NCBI GenBank assembly: GCA_013265495.1
Contig: MU058451.1
Coordinates: 1,134,584-1,198,583, forward strand
DNA length: 64,000 nt
Origin: Vicugna vicugna
Lineage: Eukaryota
Direction of reading: 5' to 3'
The translations under genes and the position numbers were made by a program. Below are positions 39,873 to 51,980 of this stretch, piece after piece; the stretch's first letter is position 1; every line of letters begins with the position of its first letter. The notes under the pieces were generated by a model. The model had not been told where the DNA came from, searched no databases, and worked only from the letters and a program-made list of their open reading frames with translations.

Positions 39873-40939
39873 CTAAAAATAGTAATTCTTTTAAAGTGAG
39901 GTCAAATTCACTTATTCAAATTTCTCTCTCATACAGCACTGGCCCTAGTGGAAGGATGAAACACAGAATTCATCTTTTTTAAATATTCAAATAAAGTTGC
40001 TAGAAGAGGAGTCTGTAACCTTGACAACATTCACGAGCCTCCCTATATTAGAAGTTATCAAATTTCTGTGTTGATGTCAAACTTTTGAACACTAAACAGC
40101 ATGGCAGGACACTTGGAAGCCTTAACTAAATCACTGGTGTGGGCTATCACTGTGCGGATAAAAGTAGGCCGGTTATTACACACTCATCGCTTGCTCTTTC
40201 ACTCAACATCACTCTTTGAGTGGAATCTGCTCCCCTAGACTCAAGACGAAAAGTCAAAACGCATTTCAGTAAACACGGGATCTTTAACCATTAATCATTT
40301 TGTCCTCTTACATTCAGCAAAGTCAGTCACCATGTCCCCTGACTCAGTAGGTTGAGTCTGACAGCCATTATCATAAAATAATTTCTACTGAAGCACAAGA
40401 AAAGTCACCGTTGCCCACTGATTATGACGAGTGGCACCCTCACGAGAGGCTTGAGCGACAGTGGTATGCTATAATAGGACGATGCTTGAGAACCCCAGGT
40501 TTATAAATCTTACATAGAATGAGGAAATTCAGGCATCTAAGAGAAAATATTCCCAAGCATAATCACCCACGATAAGCTTATCTAAACTCTCCCCAGGCTG
40601 GTGCATTAGTTCTGCTCCAGCTACTGACTTCAGGCATTGCTAGTTCCCCACGGATGTCACTCGTACACAGTGCATCACAGAAGTAGTTGCTCAGCCTACC
40701 AAGGCTACAGTTTTAATTTTAAAATAATTTAGGCTTTGGAACAACTAATCTGGTCCCATTCAGTGGTTGTCTGTTGCTGTCCAAAAAACGATAACTAAAT
40801 GATGAATTTTCTGACTTTATTAAAAAGAAAAAGGGATCTGAAATATCAACTCCTTTACTTTTACAGAGAAAGCTCTACCATCGAATAACTCTGAAGATGT
40901 TAAAAAATACACCCCAAAAACTCATCTGGAGGGGTTGGG

Positions 40940-41150
40940 GGCAGGCTAGTGATTGCCTGGAGTCAGGGGCAGAAATGGAGCTGGAGAGGGGTTTGATGGA
41001 CTGCAGAGGGGCAGGGGGATTTTTGGGGGTGTCATAAATGTTCCATACCTTAATGGTAGTGGTGACATGGGTGTACATAACTGTCAAAATTCACTGAACT
41101 ACACACTTCCTAAAGCTGATTTTTTTCTAATGTGCCACAATTCATATTTC
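40940..41150 (+). mobile_element. L1MB/MC-like 3' end
   Basis: TAGTGATTGCCTGG...GGGGGTGTCATAAATGTTCCATACCTTAATGGTAGTGGTGACATGGGTGTACATAACTGTCAAAATTCACTGAACT. Confidence 0.85.
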
Positions 41151-42029
41151 CTATCAATTGTCGACCTCCTTTTTCCTGATACTATTAACGAGCTAACAAG
41201 TGGTCTTGATAGTGACTGCCTTCTTCACTGGGAATTATAAGCCCTTGCCCCTCCAAATCAAACAAGGTGTTAGGGCTGATCTTTATCCAGACGTTCATCC
41301 ACCAACACTCCTCTCTAACGCAGGTGGCACTTACTCCTGCTGGACTGTTTAACCCACAATAAGTTCAGCTGTCAAGAGTAAAAGAAGGGGCTTTATTTCT
41401 AAAAACAAGATGAAAACCTATTTCTCAGACTCTTATGTCATTTTGCTTTCTTTTGCTGCTAAAATTCAAAGGCAATTTTAATCATGGACAGAGGCAGAGA
41501 CTTCAATGTCCAGCTCATTAGGAATTGTATTTACTACAGGGGAACCGAGCTCCTCATTAGAGCTTAGAAGTTATGCAGATTACATGTGTAGTTTAGGAGG
41601 AACGAGGGAATGAATGCCTCCCTGCACCCTTACCCTTGACAATCACAACTCAAGTTTAACAAAGCAATTTCCTCATTTCTTGGATGCTGACTCTTACTTA
41701 TACTTGCGTCCTGTCCAGAGAAGGATTGCTTGATGCAGAATAAGACTGCAGGACTGCAGTCTCCAAGGCCAAAACACCAAAAATAAAGACAGTAATGGAG
41801 AAAGCATTAAGCTGTCAGAAAAGAGCCACTGACTCAGGGTTTCTTTGCAATTTCACTCTTTCCTTAAAATCATAGGACAACTTTTATTTGAGCAAAACTA
41901 GAAAAGTTTAAAGTGGTTAATCCACTAAGAAAGTTAATCCACTAAGAAAACAGTTAATGAGTGATATAATGGGATGGGGGGAAAATGTGGTAGGGGCCAC
42001 AGAAGGAAGCTATGGAATCCAAATTCCAT

Positions 42030-42725
42030 CTAGGGCAGGAATCAGCTGAAACCTCCTTGACAGATCTCCAACTTGCTTCTGCATGAACACTTCTGGGGAC
42101 AGAAATTCACCAGCTTGCCAAGCCGCTTGGTCCACAGCTGGAAGGTTTAACCTTTATGAGGCTTTCCCCTTATACTGAGCTGAAACAGACCCATCAAAAC
42201 CCTCTCTTCTAGGGTCAATTTTCTTCTGCACCAACACAAATACATTTTAATATGCTCCTGATACAAAATCGTCCTTGAAACAGCTGAAGATTACAGTGAT
42301 CCTTCCTAAGAGCTCTCCTCTCTAGGCCCAAAACCTAATTACTCAACTTTTTAGAAATGAGTTACTTAACTTTCTGATCCCCCTCCACAGAACATGTCTG
42401 TTAGCCAGTGGCCTCTGGAGCCAAACGCCACTGGCACTTATTGAGCTTAGGGACACACAAACTCTTTTGCAAATGACCCGTTTTCAAGTCATAATCCCTC
42501 TGTTCTATACTTGGGGAACTGATTCATTCCTGTGAAATTCTCATGTTGTTAGTTTCTGCCTGTCAGTCAAGCTCACTCAGATTCTCTTTGACCCATGACT
42601 CTGTAAGCCAATGACTGAGCTATCCAATCAGCTTTGCGTAATATGCCAACCTCAAAATCATTCCTTTAGTTTCCTTCTTTTAAGTTACTGATGGAAATGA
42701 TAAAGAGGAGAGAGCCCCAAACAGC
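42030..42725 (-). mobile_element. CR1/L3 LINE fragment
   Basis: CTGCATGAACACTTCTGGGGACAGAAATTCACC, CTTATACTGAGCTGAAA, CCCTCTGTTCTATACTTG, CAGCTTTGCGTAATATGC, AAGTTACTGATGGAAATG. Confidence 0.7.
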
Positions 42726-42759
42726 TAGCTAGTTGTGATGACATCAAAGGGTAAAGAAA

Positions 42760-42970
42760 AAGACTACTGAAGACTTGGGGGGCAGGTGGGTAGGGATTTA
42801 GCTCAGTAACTCTCGCACTCATCAACTCTGTAAGCCTGGACAAATGTATTAACCTCTCTGAGTTTATTTCTTCATCTACACAATGACATTAATACCATCT
42901 AATAGGATGGAGAAGTCTGAAAGCACCCTATACATAGTCCATGCTCAATGAACATGTGAGTGAATGATAA
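42760..42970 (+). mobile_element. MIR fragment
   Basis: CTGGACAAATGTATTAACCTCTCTGAGTTTATTTCTTCATCTA...ATGCTCAATGAACATG. Confidence 0.7.
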
Positions 42971-43519
42971 TAATCACTCTGTAAAGGATGAAAAGTCATA
43001 AAACTACAATGCAATATGCTTAATTGTCTCTCATTTTTACATTCTAAAATGATCGTGTAAGTCAGTTGCTCCAGGACAACAGGACACATTTCAAAGTTGC
43101 ACTTCAGGTTACTAAAACAACAATTAGTAAAACAAGATTGTTCTGATAATGCTCCCTCGCTTTGACTACCTCCTGTGAACACTTTGACTTTTTTATAGGC
43201 TAAATAATCCCACTAATAGATTTTTTTATACTTCTTATTCTGTAACATCTTAATTACGTTCTCCTCTGCCTTCTCCCTAAGGCCTTCACATGTTCCAAAT
43301 TGTGAAATTTGTTGGATTTTGCTCTCTTCCAAAGAGGGAACAAGTCTGATTTAGTCTGTTTGCTCTGACATTGAAGCCCTTTCCAATCTGTCCCCAGTCA
43401 CTGTCCCTGCACATCTCTCCTGCACCCTGCATTCCTTCTGCTCACCTGTGGCTACATCAGGCCCTTTCCAGATGCCCTGCTGCCCACAGCTCTCTGCCTG
43501 TTTCTATGAGACTTCACCT

Positions 43520-43715
43520 GACTGCTACATCACCTTCAAGGAGCATTCAGTTCTGCCTCAGGGAAGCCTTGTCCATCTGTGTTTCCCCATCAGAGCACTA
43601 GTCCTATTAGGTCACAATTGTGCACCAGACTGCTCCTTCAGGGCAGAAACCATTTTAATCCATGTAACAAGATGTTTGGTACATGGCACATTGCCCTGTG
43701 TTGGCTGAGTGAACA
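43520..43715 (+). mobile_element. L2 3' fragment
   Basis: CCTCAGGGAAGCCTT...CTCCTTCAGGGCAGAAACCAT. Confidence 0.6.
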
Positions 43716-44553
43716 GCTCTGAGCTAGAGACACGGGACACATAGGTTGCTAGGGTCTCTGAAAGGATGGAAGAACGCCTTCCCTGACCTGGAGGGCCATC
43801 CTGCTCCACAGTATCACTGCACTTGCCACGCAGAGCTGGGATCCTCTCTGCTGAGTAGACACTCACTATTGGTTCTTTTGAATACATAATCAATTCACAA
43901 CTCTTGACAGATTTGAGTCGTTCTCCCACCCAATTTTTTTCAAGAAGCGTTTAGTTTTATGAGATGACTCACCTAGCTAGCTAGCATTAGTCAGTCTGGC
44001 TACCAAAACAAAAAAAGCTGCAGTTGCGTGGGTCTTAATTAACATAAACAATGAGAAACATTTCTACTGTATCCATTTCCCCTCCAATCCTCACCAGAGC
44101 TAAAGCGGAGATTATTTTCCCTGCTTTAATGACAACTCGCCCTTGTTGGCCCCTCCAACTACTGCTCATAACTGGCCTCTTTGAGTGGGACCAAACAACC
44201 CACTTTGGGCCGAAAGAAGAAACGCTGGGGACTAGAAAGCGCTAAATATAAATAGCCCCTTGCCCAGACTACTCCCCAAATGCTTCCCCTACTGGAGCTT
44301 CAATTGCAAGCACATGTCCAGGACAGCAATCACGACATCAGATAAAGGCAAGCTGACCCTCTCCATCCCCCGACGTCCCCATCAGTCAACACCTCCCGGA
44401 AGAAAACCAACAGACCCCCAGACACATCCCTCCACGTGAGCGCCCTGATGCTGCGGGACCCGGGGGCGACGCCGGCGTCCCCCGGAACCCTTCCGATGCG
44501 CGTCCCCATTATTGCGCGCGCGTCGCCGCGCCCTTCCAGGTGGCTCCGCATAC

Positions 44554-44830
44554 CTGGCGGCGGTGCCCACGCCGAGGCGGCGGCCTCGGAGGCGGCCTCG
44601 GAGGCGGCAGGCGGGCAGGGGCGCGGGCGGCGCGCGCGATCGTCGGCGGGGGGCCGGGGAGCCGCGTCGGCTGCGCCCCCTCCGCCGCCCCCGGGCCGCG
44701 ATCGTCACCCTCCCGGCCCGGGTCGGGCCGCGGGCGTCACGGCCCCGGGCTCTTGGCCGCGGCCTCGGAGCCAGAGGGTCAGATCTCGTTTCACAACAGA
44801 GTCTCCCGGTCACCACAACCCAACTGGAGG
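44554..44830 (-). other. Candidate non-coding first exon (5' boundary uncertain)
   Basis: ...GGCGTGGGCACCGCCGCCAG|GTATGC donor at 44554/44553 in the CpG island; no ATG-initiated recognisable peptide. Confidence 0.5.
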
Positions 44831-44929
44831 CCCGGGCAGGGGCGGGAGCGCCGCCGCCGGGGGCCAAGGTGGGAAGAGAGCGCGCCAGGGGAGGGTGGCC
44901 GGCGACGGGGGCCCGGAGGCTGGACTTAC

Positions 44930-45000
44930 TCGTGTCACAACTTCGGCGACGCGGGACCGAGGAACCGGTTCTTCCAAAACCAAACCGAAAATGGGCAACG
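44930..45000 (-). other. Candidate alternative non-coding first exon (5' boundary uncertain)
   Basis: ...CGCCGAAGTTGTGACACGA|GTAAGT consensus donor at 44930/44929. Confidence 0.45.
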
Positions 45001-45559
45001 GAGAGGCCGGGGCAGCGTTAAGAGGGGTTCTGTGTCGGTGTTTAGGGCAAAAACTGCTCTGGCTTCCAGAAATCCGAGCCAGTCCGGGCTTTTTTCTTTC
45101 TGTTTTTCTGAAATGCTCCTGTGTCTCCGGGTCGAGGGGCGCCCTTGGCGCGCCTCTGAGTGCGCTGCGACAGCGGGGCGGGCGCTGGCGAGGGGAACCC
45201 TCTTTCCAGCTCCCCACCCCCCACCCCGAGTCTTCCCAGTACCCACTTCCTCGCCCTTCCCCAACCCCCAGCCCAGGACGCCGACTCCCCTCCGCGCGGG
45301 AGCTGGAGCTGGAGCTGGGCCTGGTGCCCACGCCCCGAGGAGGGTGTCTCCGAGGCTGGGCCCTTGCAGTGCTTCAGCTGAGGGAGACGGTGGTGGGGTT
45401 TGCTCTGCTAACACAAGGGGAGCTAGGTGTGCAGGAGGTGGCCCTGAAGGATAGGTTGGTAAAGTGACATGGTGATTTTTTTTTTACCTGGTGGGGTGTG
45501 GAGGTTATAAAGGAATATGCAGTCAGACTGCAATTTATCAAAACATCCGGAATTCAAAC

Positions 45560-45690
45560 AATTTTGTAAGAGGTCTTAAAATTATGTTCTCTTCTTATAG
45601 CTAGGGAAACTGAGGCAAAGAGCAGTAAATGGATTCCCCAGAATCACGCAGAGGGGCCTGGACTAAACGTCCACGTCTAGCCCTTACTAC
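45560..45690 (-). mobile_element. MIR fragment
   Basis: TTATAGCTAGGGAAACTGAGGCAAAGAG...CCCCAGAATCACGCAG. Confidence 0.65.
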
Positions 45691-48004
45691 GAAATGTTTT
45701 GTCTTTCTTGGCATCAAGGAACCCTTTGGGGGGATAAGGGAAAGTTTGTCACCCTCAAGTCCCTTTGCATCTGTCATTTAGTGGGGGCGAGAGAATCTGG
45801 TTTCAACCTGTGAAGTATTTCAGCATTGGTTGAAGCATCCATTATAGGCCGGTAATCTGAGATACTCCTTCTTTGGGAACTTCCTCTTACTTGACTAGGA
45901 TCCAATCACAAGCAGTGAAAGAGATGCAAACACCTTGAGGATTTGCTCTTATAAGGACTCAACGCTTCTCAGTGAGGTTCAAATGTTTGCACTTCTCTCT
46001 CCTTCTCAAGTGAATCCCTGCCCCACTCCTCCCCCTCCAACTCAATTATTCACATTGAATGAGATCGTGTGAGCCAAAGGGCCTCGGAGAGTATAGAGCG
46101 TGGCATGAATACGGGTATTACTGAACACACTCTTCCAAAATCTGCTAGATTCACACAGTTTGCTGTAGTTTCCCATCAGTCATCGAGTATCTGTAGGCTT
46201 GTAGTAGATACGGTGAAGTTTGAGTCAGAACAATGAGACCTAATCCTTCACCTTCAAAGACCACAGGCTATAGATTTGGAGATAAAGCCTACACAGGAGA
46301 TAATTGGTAATATACACAAAGACTGATTTTTTACCCTAAGCTGTTGGATGTTTATATATACACAAAGCCAGAAACTTTTCAAAATAGACCATGTGTATTG
46401 GATGAAGAGGACTTCCTATAGAAGTCAAGGCATTGATCAATTATGTTAACCCAGTAAGACCCCAATAACTTGTCCAAATAGAAATATTAACCAGTTTAGC
46501 CAGCTGATGAGGATGGTTTTGCTTTTTTGAATTCATTGCTTATCATTTCTACCCATTCATAAATAGAAAGAATTTCTATAACTTAAAAAAGCAAGTCCAG
46601 AGTCTCTTAAAGCACAGGTGATCAAAAGTATTATTTCAGGAGGAAGCAAACAATAACCTCAAAGTTCCAAATATGTGTCTGCTAAGAACCCACCAAAGGC
46701 AATGTCAGTTTCTTTTGTCAAAGACTACAGGCCTGTGATTTATTTGAAAATCACATTTGGAAAGTCGATATAATTCAGAAGCAACAAATAATCTAAAAAG
46801 TTTATGTTTTAAGACAAGGAGTCTTTTGATCCTTACTCCTGCTACTTTCTTAAAAATAATATGTAGAACAACTTTCAACCCGAATATCTCACCATTTTAT
46901 TTTTTTAACTTCTCGAAACCCAGATTCATATGGCCTTTGAATAAAAACAGACCTAAAGTTTGAACCAGTTTCTGAATTCAAAGGTATGGGGAATTATTTT
47001 GTTATTGCTTTTTCAGAAATGCCATGTGTTTAAAATATTGGCAAATCCTAGATTCAGAAGATTTAGAATTTTCTTTTAAGGAAAATTGTTATTTGGTCAA
47101 AGTACATTTACTTTAGCACAGTATACAGATTCTTCATATTCTCCAAAACGGGAGTAGCAGGAGCCAATTTATCGAGTATAATGTATTCCAGACACTTGCT
47201 GGGATAAACAATGTTCCCGAGCCCCTCAGATGCACAGCCAATAGGGAGCTGTTGACTACTTGAGGTTTTTACACATCTCTCAGCCAAATCAGAAATCCAA
47301 ATACCAAATCAGTCACAGGCACACAGTGTGGATTTACAGTCCTGCCTGGGCGTAGGGTCACAATCTGCAAATGAATTATACCACCCAAGATAGGTTTATT
47401 CTTGACATAAAATATCCTTATTTTTTTCATTTGATATGAATGCGACCATGAATAAAATTTTCAGGAAAAACTTAAATGTCCTTTGCAATGCCAAGCCAAA
47501 ACCCAATAAAACATATATTCATAATTATCCATTTGAGGATATATATGGGTTTATTTTCATCTATTGATGTATATACATATATAGATATATATATATTTGT
47601 TGGATTTCCATGTGTGTAACTAGTAAATGCCATAAGGACTCAATTATGTATCTGTTAGTTTATGTTGGACTTAGAACATTCAGCTGTTTACATGTCATAA
47701 AATGCTAACCCTAACTGCTGGCCTAACTTACATTGTGTAAAATAGAGAAATGACTAAGTTTTTTTGCACATAAAGGCAAAAAAGATTCCTTAAGTGTAGA
47801 GTTATACCAGGGCTTATGGCATAAACACAGAACACATGTGACAGAAATGTACATTTAAATCCGGGTCCTACTCGGATTTTCAAATACAGATCCACAGAAG
47901 GCAGAGGGCAAAAATCAACAGGAGTTTTCTGGTTCTTTGAGCATTTGTATCCTGCCTATACTGACAGGTATGTTATGACTAGTCCTGATTCGAAAGAAAT
48001 TGCT

Positions 48005-48063
48005 GTCTCTCTCTTTCTCTCTCTCTCTCTCCATCACACACACCCACACTCCTCACTCACACA
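48005..48063. repeat. (CT)n followed by degenerate (CA)n
   Basis: Seen directly. Confidence 0.85.
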
Positions 48064-51059
48064 TGTTTTTTAAAATTCCTTTATTATTTAGATTGGTAAT
48101 GTAATTTCTTATAGAAAAACTTGTCAAATGCACCTAATGGGAGTTTTCTTAAGGAGGAGGAAGATCCGGCCACTAGTTTAGATCAAGATTTACCCCTGAG
48201 CATCAGTGAGAGAAGACTGGACCACGTGGGAATAGCCAAGAGAGAAGTCAACTCTCCAGGTGTGAGTTAGAAATGCTCTTATGTACATTTAAAGAACTAT
48301 TTAAAGAACTTTTAATAGACCAGTCATTTTCCCCCAGTACTGACCTCTCTTCTTTTACTCAGTTAAATTGCTTAGTCCTGGTAGGAATCATGTTAACTCC
48401 TTCAGTGTAGAATGCATCTTGCTGGAGAGCATTGATTGAAGGCACTAGAATAATACTAAGAAAAGTTATGCACAAGACTCAAGACATGGTCCCTATACTC
48501 CAGGACCTTTATACTATAAAAGTATCTGTATACTTAAGTCTATTGGAATATCCTGTAATCTTAAAGTCAATGTTTATGCCTACGGCTCCCCTAAAAATCA
48601 TACGAGGTAAGCCAGGGAGAAGTCTACTCCCTACATGGGAACTTACTACATGAACCATACATTTTTTTACTTTTCCATCCAATTTCTTGTTACATTCAGA
48701 CAGGTTTTCTAAAGCATTTATAGTTGACCAACCTTAGGAAATACATTTCCCCCATCAAGACTTCTAAAAGAACATCTTCAAATTCTTGAATCACACTAGG
48801 AATTCTGAAGGTCTGCAGTGAGAGGGCCTGGGGTGAGAGAACAAGTTTAAGTTTACTTTTCTCTTTATGCACTTACAGCTTAGGAGACCAAGTGAGAGGT
48901 GCAACACTAGGATTCTTGGCCAGATTTCTACTAAAGCAGACTTGAGGATAATTTTCAGGTGATATTTTCCCCATATCCTATGTCTCATAAATAATTACTA
49001 TGGTAAACTTGATTGTATGTTTGACTAATTTTTTAAAAAACCTGTTCTGTTGATCTTTTCCTTTTCAATGAATCTTCCAAGGGTACTGAGATGCAGTCCT
49101 TCTGTGTCTTTAATCTCACTTGCTTGGATTTTCTTTGCTTTTTATCATTTTTCTCTCAGCATATATGTGCTTTCCATTGCCAACAACTGTTATAGGCGGA
49201 GCTTTCCTGAGCTTCCAGTTTGCTTTTACCCAGATCATTCTACTTATTAACATATCCACTTGTGAGCTGCCTTTACCTTCATAAAGAGTGGATATCTAAC
49301 AAGGGCTTTGGGGGAACATGATTCCTCAGTGTGGAAGTCACTTATCCACCCCAACCCCAAATGCAACGGCTTGATTGTTCTTTTTACATTTCTATAATAT
49401 CATATGACAAACAAGCATCAGATTTATTCTTCTTTCTCACACCTAGGAAATTCAAAAAATAGCACCTCGTCCCCCAAGAATAAAATTGCTGGTGCATTTA
49501 AAAAAAAATCCAACATAATTTTTCTTCCAGTGCAGTTTAGAACAGAACTGCATACTTCATAAGTAAACTCTAATGGCCAGAGGAAAGGAAATATTTGGGA
49601 ATTTGATTCACGAACAGTGTGGAGTTGGACCTCAAGTTTATGACTCCTAGATTCAGTTTCCCCAGATACTACTTCTACTTATCCGGCTTAAATCTCACTT
49701 GCTATTTCCTGACCATGTATTTGGCAGAGAGCTGACAATACTTTAATTGACTTTAGATTTACAGTTATAAATTGTTATTAAACTTTTTGTTTTAATCTAT
49801 TCCATTTTGTGAGTTCTGTCATTATGCAAAAAATAAAACAAAACAGGTACACTCTGACTTCAGACAGCCCAGGATAAGAAAGCTTGGATTCATTGAAAAG
49901 ATGTAACATAAAGGGTTATTCTATAAAAGCATAGATTGTGGGCTGAGGCCCATTTAGACAAAACAATCAGCTCTCTATTGGCCAACAGTATGCCTGAAGA
50001 ACAGCACCAGAGGTAGCTGTAAAGATAATTTTCAAACTGCCTTGCCCTGTGTGCCAAGCCAAGCACCATCTAGGTGCCAAATTTAGTGCCAAAGGAATAA
50101 TGAAAAGGAGAAAGCAAATAACCCATTGTTTGCTTGATAAGCATAAAATATTTAGAGTGAGGAAAACTGTGTTTCCAACATTGTAATTGTCTTTATTTCT
50201 TAACATGTAACAAGAGGCACTAAAGAGATGTTCTTGGTAATGAAAACCTACTGTGTCCTTGAATATTAGTCAGATATTCAGAGAGCTGAATTGCTGATTG
50301 AGGTTGACTTCTTTTGTTTCTGTTTTTGTTTATGTCTGGTTTTTTTCTTTGTTTTGTTTTATTCTTTGCCTCCATGTGGTTTCTCTCCTAACACCAGACA
50401 TTTTGTTTGCGTGCTTATTTTTTATAGGTTGTTCTATTTTATCAAACAAATGTTTGCTAGCTTCAGCTATCTTTCAAGGAACAACATTGAAAATTGCTTT
50501 GTGCATCATTTAAACCAGTGCTTTTACATGATATAAAATCTATGTGTTAACTGAATCATAGCCAAACGCATTATGTCTATAGTGAATATGAAAGGAAGGA
50601 ATCTAACAGATACATTTTTACCACTTTTCAAAGAATACATAGCATGCTAACTGCTAATGGCCATTCTACTCTAAAATCTTTGTCCCAGGATTTCACTTTT
50701 AATTTGCTGTAGATCCTGAAGTAAATGGCAAGCCCAATAATTTGCCTAAATCTAACATGATATAGGTATCTCCCTTCAACCCAAAAAATTTATACAGCAA
50801 GAGGAAAACTTAACCACTTTACAATCAGCTAAGGAAATCACTGGTGATCAGCTGGGGCAAAAATATTTGTTGGAGTGAAAAAGGAGTTGTTCTTCCATAT
50901 GTAAGAAAACAAGATCCCTGTGGTCCCAGCAGTGTGACTGCTTTTAGCAATCTTTACTCTTTGAAGTTATGTAAAATTTCTTAGCTGTCTCAAGTCACCA
51001 ATTCAATAGGTGTCGTTCCAGCAACACAGGGAATTCTGAAGTGAAATCAGATGCAGTGA

Positions 51060-51980
51060 CATCAACAGAGGCGAAATCACGCACCCAGCGTTTACCTGTA
51101 CCCTGTGCTGTTGAAAGTGGACTTCCGGCGAGGCCAGGCACTAGGGGGTATGAATGTCTGTTGAAAATTAAACGTGAGCTAGAAATGCTGATCAAACCGT
51201 TTGCCTCGGAAAGAGGTGCTCACTGTTCAAGAAACACTGCGAATGTGGCTGCGAGGATCAAACGTGGATGACCCATCTGATGTGAAAACTGAGCTAGGAA
51301 GCTTGAGAAGAGAGACCGAGAGTCTGGGGTCGCGCGCGGGTCCGTGGCGACGTGGGTACATTCGCACGAACACAGATCGTGAAACGGCTTGAGTCCGGTT
51401 CAGAGAGTTAAGCGAAATTCACCTCAGGTAGGAGGGTTTTCTTTGTCGATTTCGCCTTCACTCTACGGAAGCCCAGCTTCTTTCGTAAAACCCGTCTTTT
51501 TCCTCCTGCCTAGGACGCTGGCACATGTGGGTTTGATGCAGTCTCCGAAGAGCCCGGGGAGACTCCCGGTTGCTGGTAGTGTTGCAAGCGCGTCCTGTCG
51601 CTCTGCCTGGTGGCTCTGCAGTTCGACTTCGGGCCTTCCCCCCGACCCCCCACCCCCTGGCATTATTTTTCTGACTACTTGAGAGGAAAAAACCAAAAAC
51701 TACACAAGAAACTCGAGAAGAGGCTGTGGGATGTAGAACCGCACACGTGGTCCTGCAAATTGGATAGGAGGGTGGGGGAGGTGGAGAGGAGAGAAGTGAA
51801 ACTGGAAATTACGGCACAGCTTTAGAATTCGACAATCTCCCTTATGCCTTTCCAATAATACTGTTTTTGGTTCTTCACAGCTGCACTTATCCAATAAAAG
51901 TGGAAGAGGGACAGCGACGCGTCTACGCACATAAATGTACGAGCAGCTCCGCGGTGGGGAGTTTTCGGGGAAACCTCACA
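51060..51980. promoter_or_regulatory. Weak CpG island / CpG-retaining region
   Basis: Many CpGs (GTCGCGCGCGGGTCCGTGGCGACG, GCGACGCGTCTACGC) at moderate GC content. Confidence 0.65.

Larger units (their letters stand above)
44370..45400. promoter_or_regulatory. CpG island, probable promoter of an unidentified minus-strand gene
   Basis: Very GC- and CpG-dense with GC boxes (GGGGCGGG at ~44840 and ~45175); minus-strand donors CGA|GTAAGT and CAG|GTATGC lie inside; AT-rich repeat-laden sequence follows on the left. Confidence 0.9.

Noticed and set aside
44382..45467. Long overlapping ORFs (343, 304, 173, 169, 161 aa) on both strands
   Set aside because: Low-complexity Pro/Gly/Arg/Ala translations in several frames at once, as expected from stop-codon scarcity in a CpG island; no recognisable domain.
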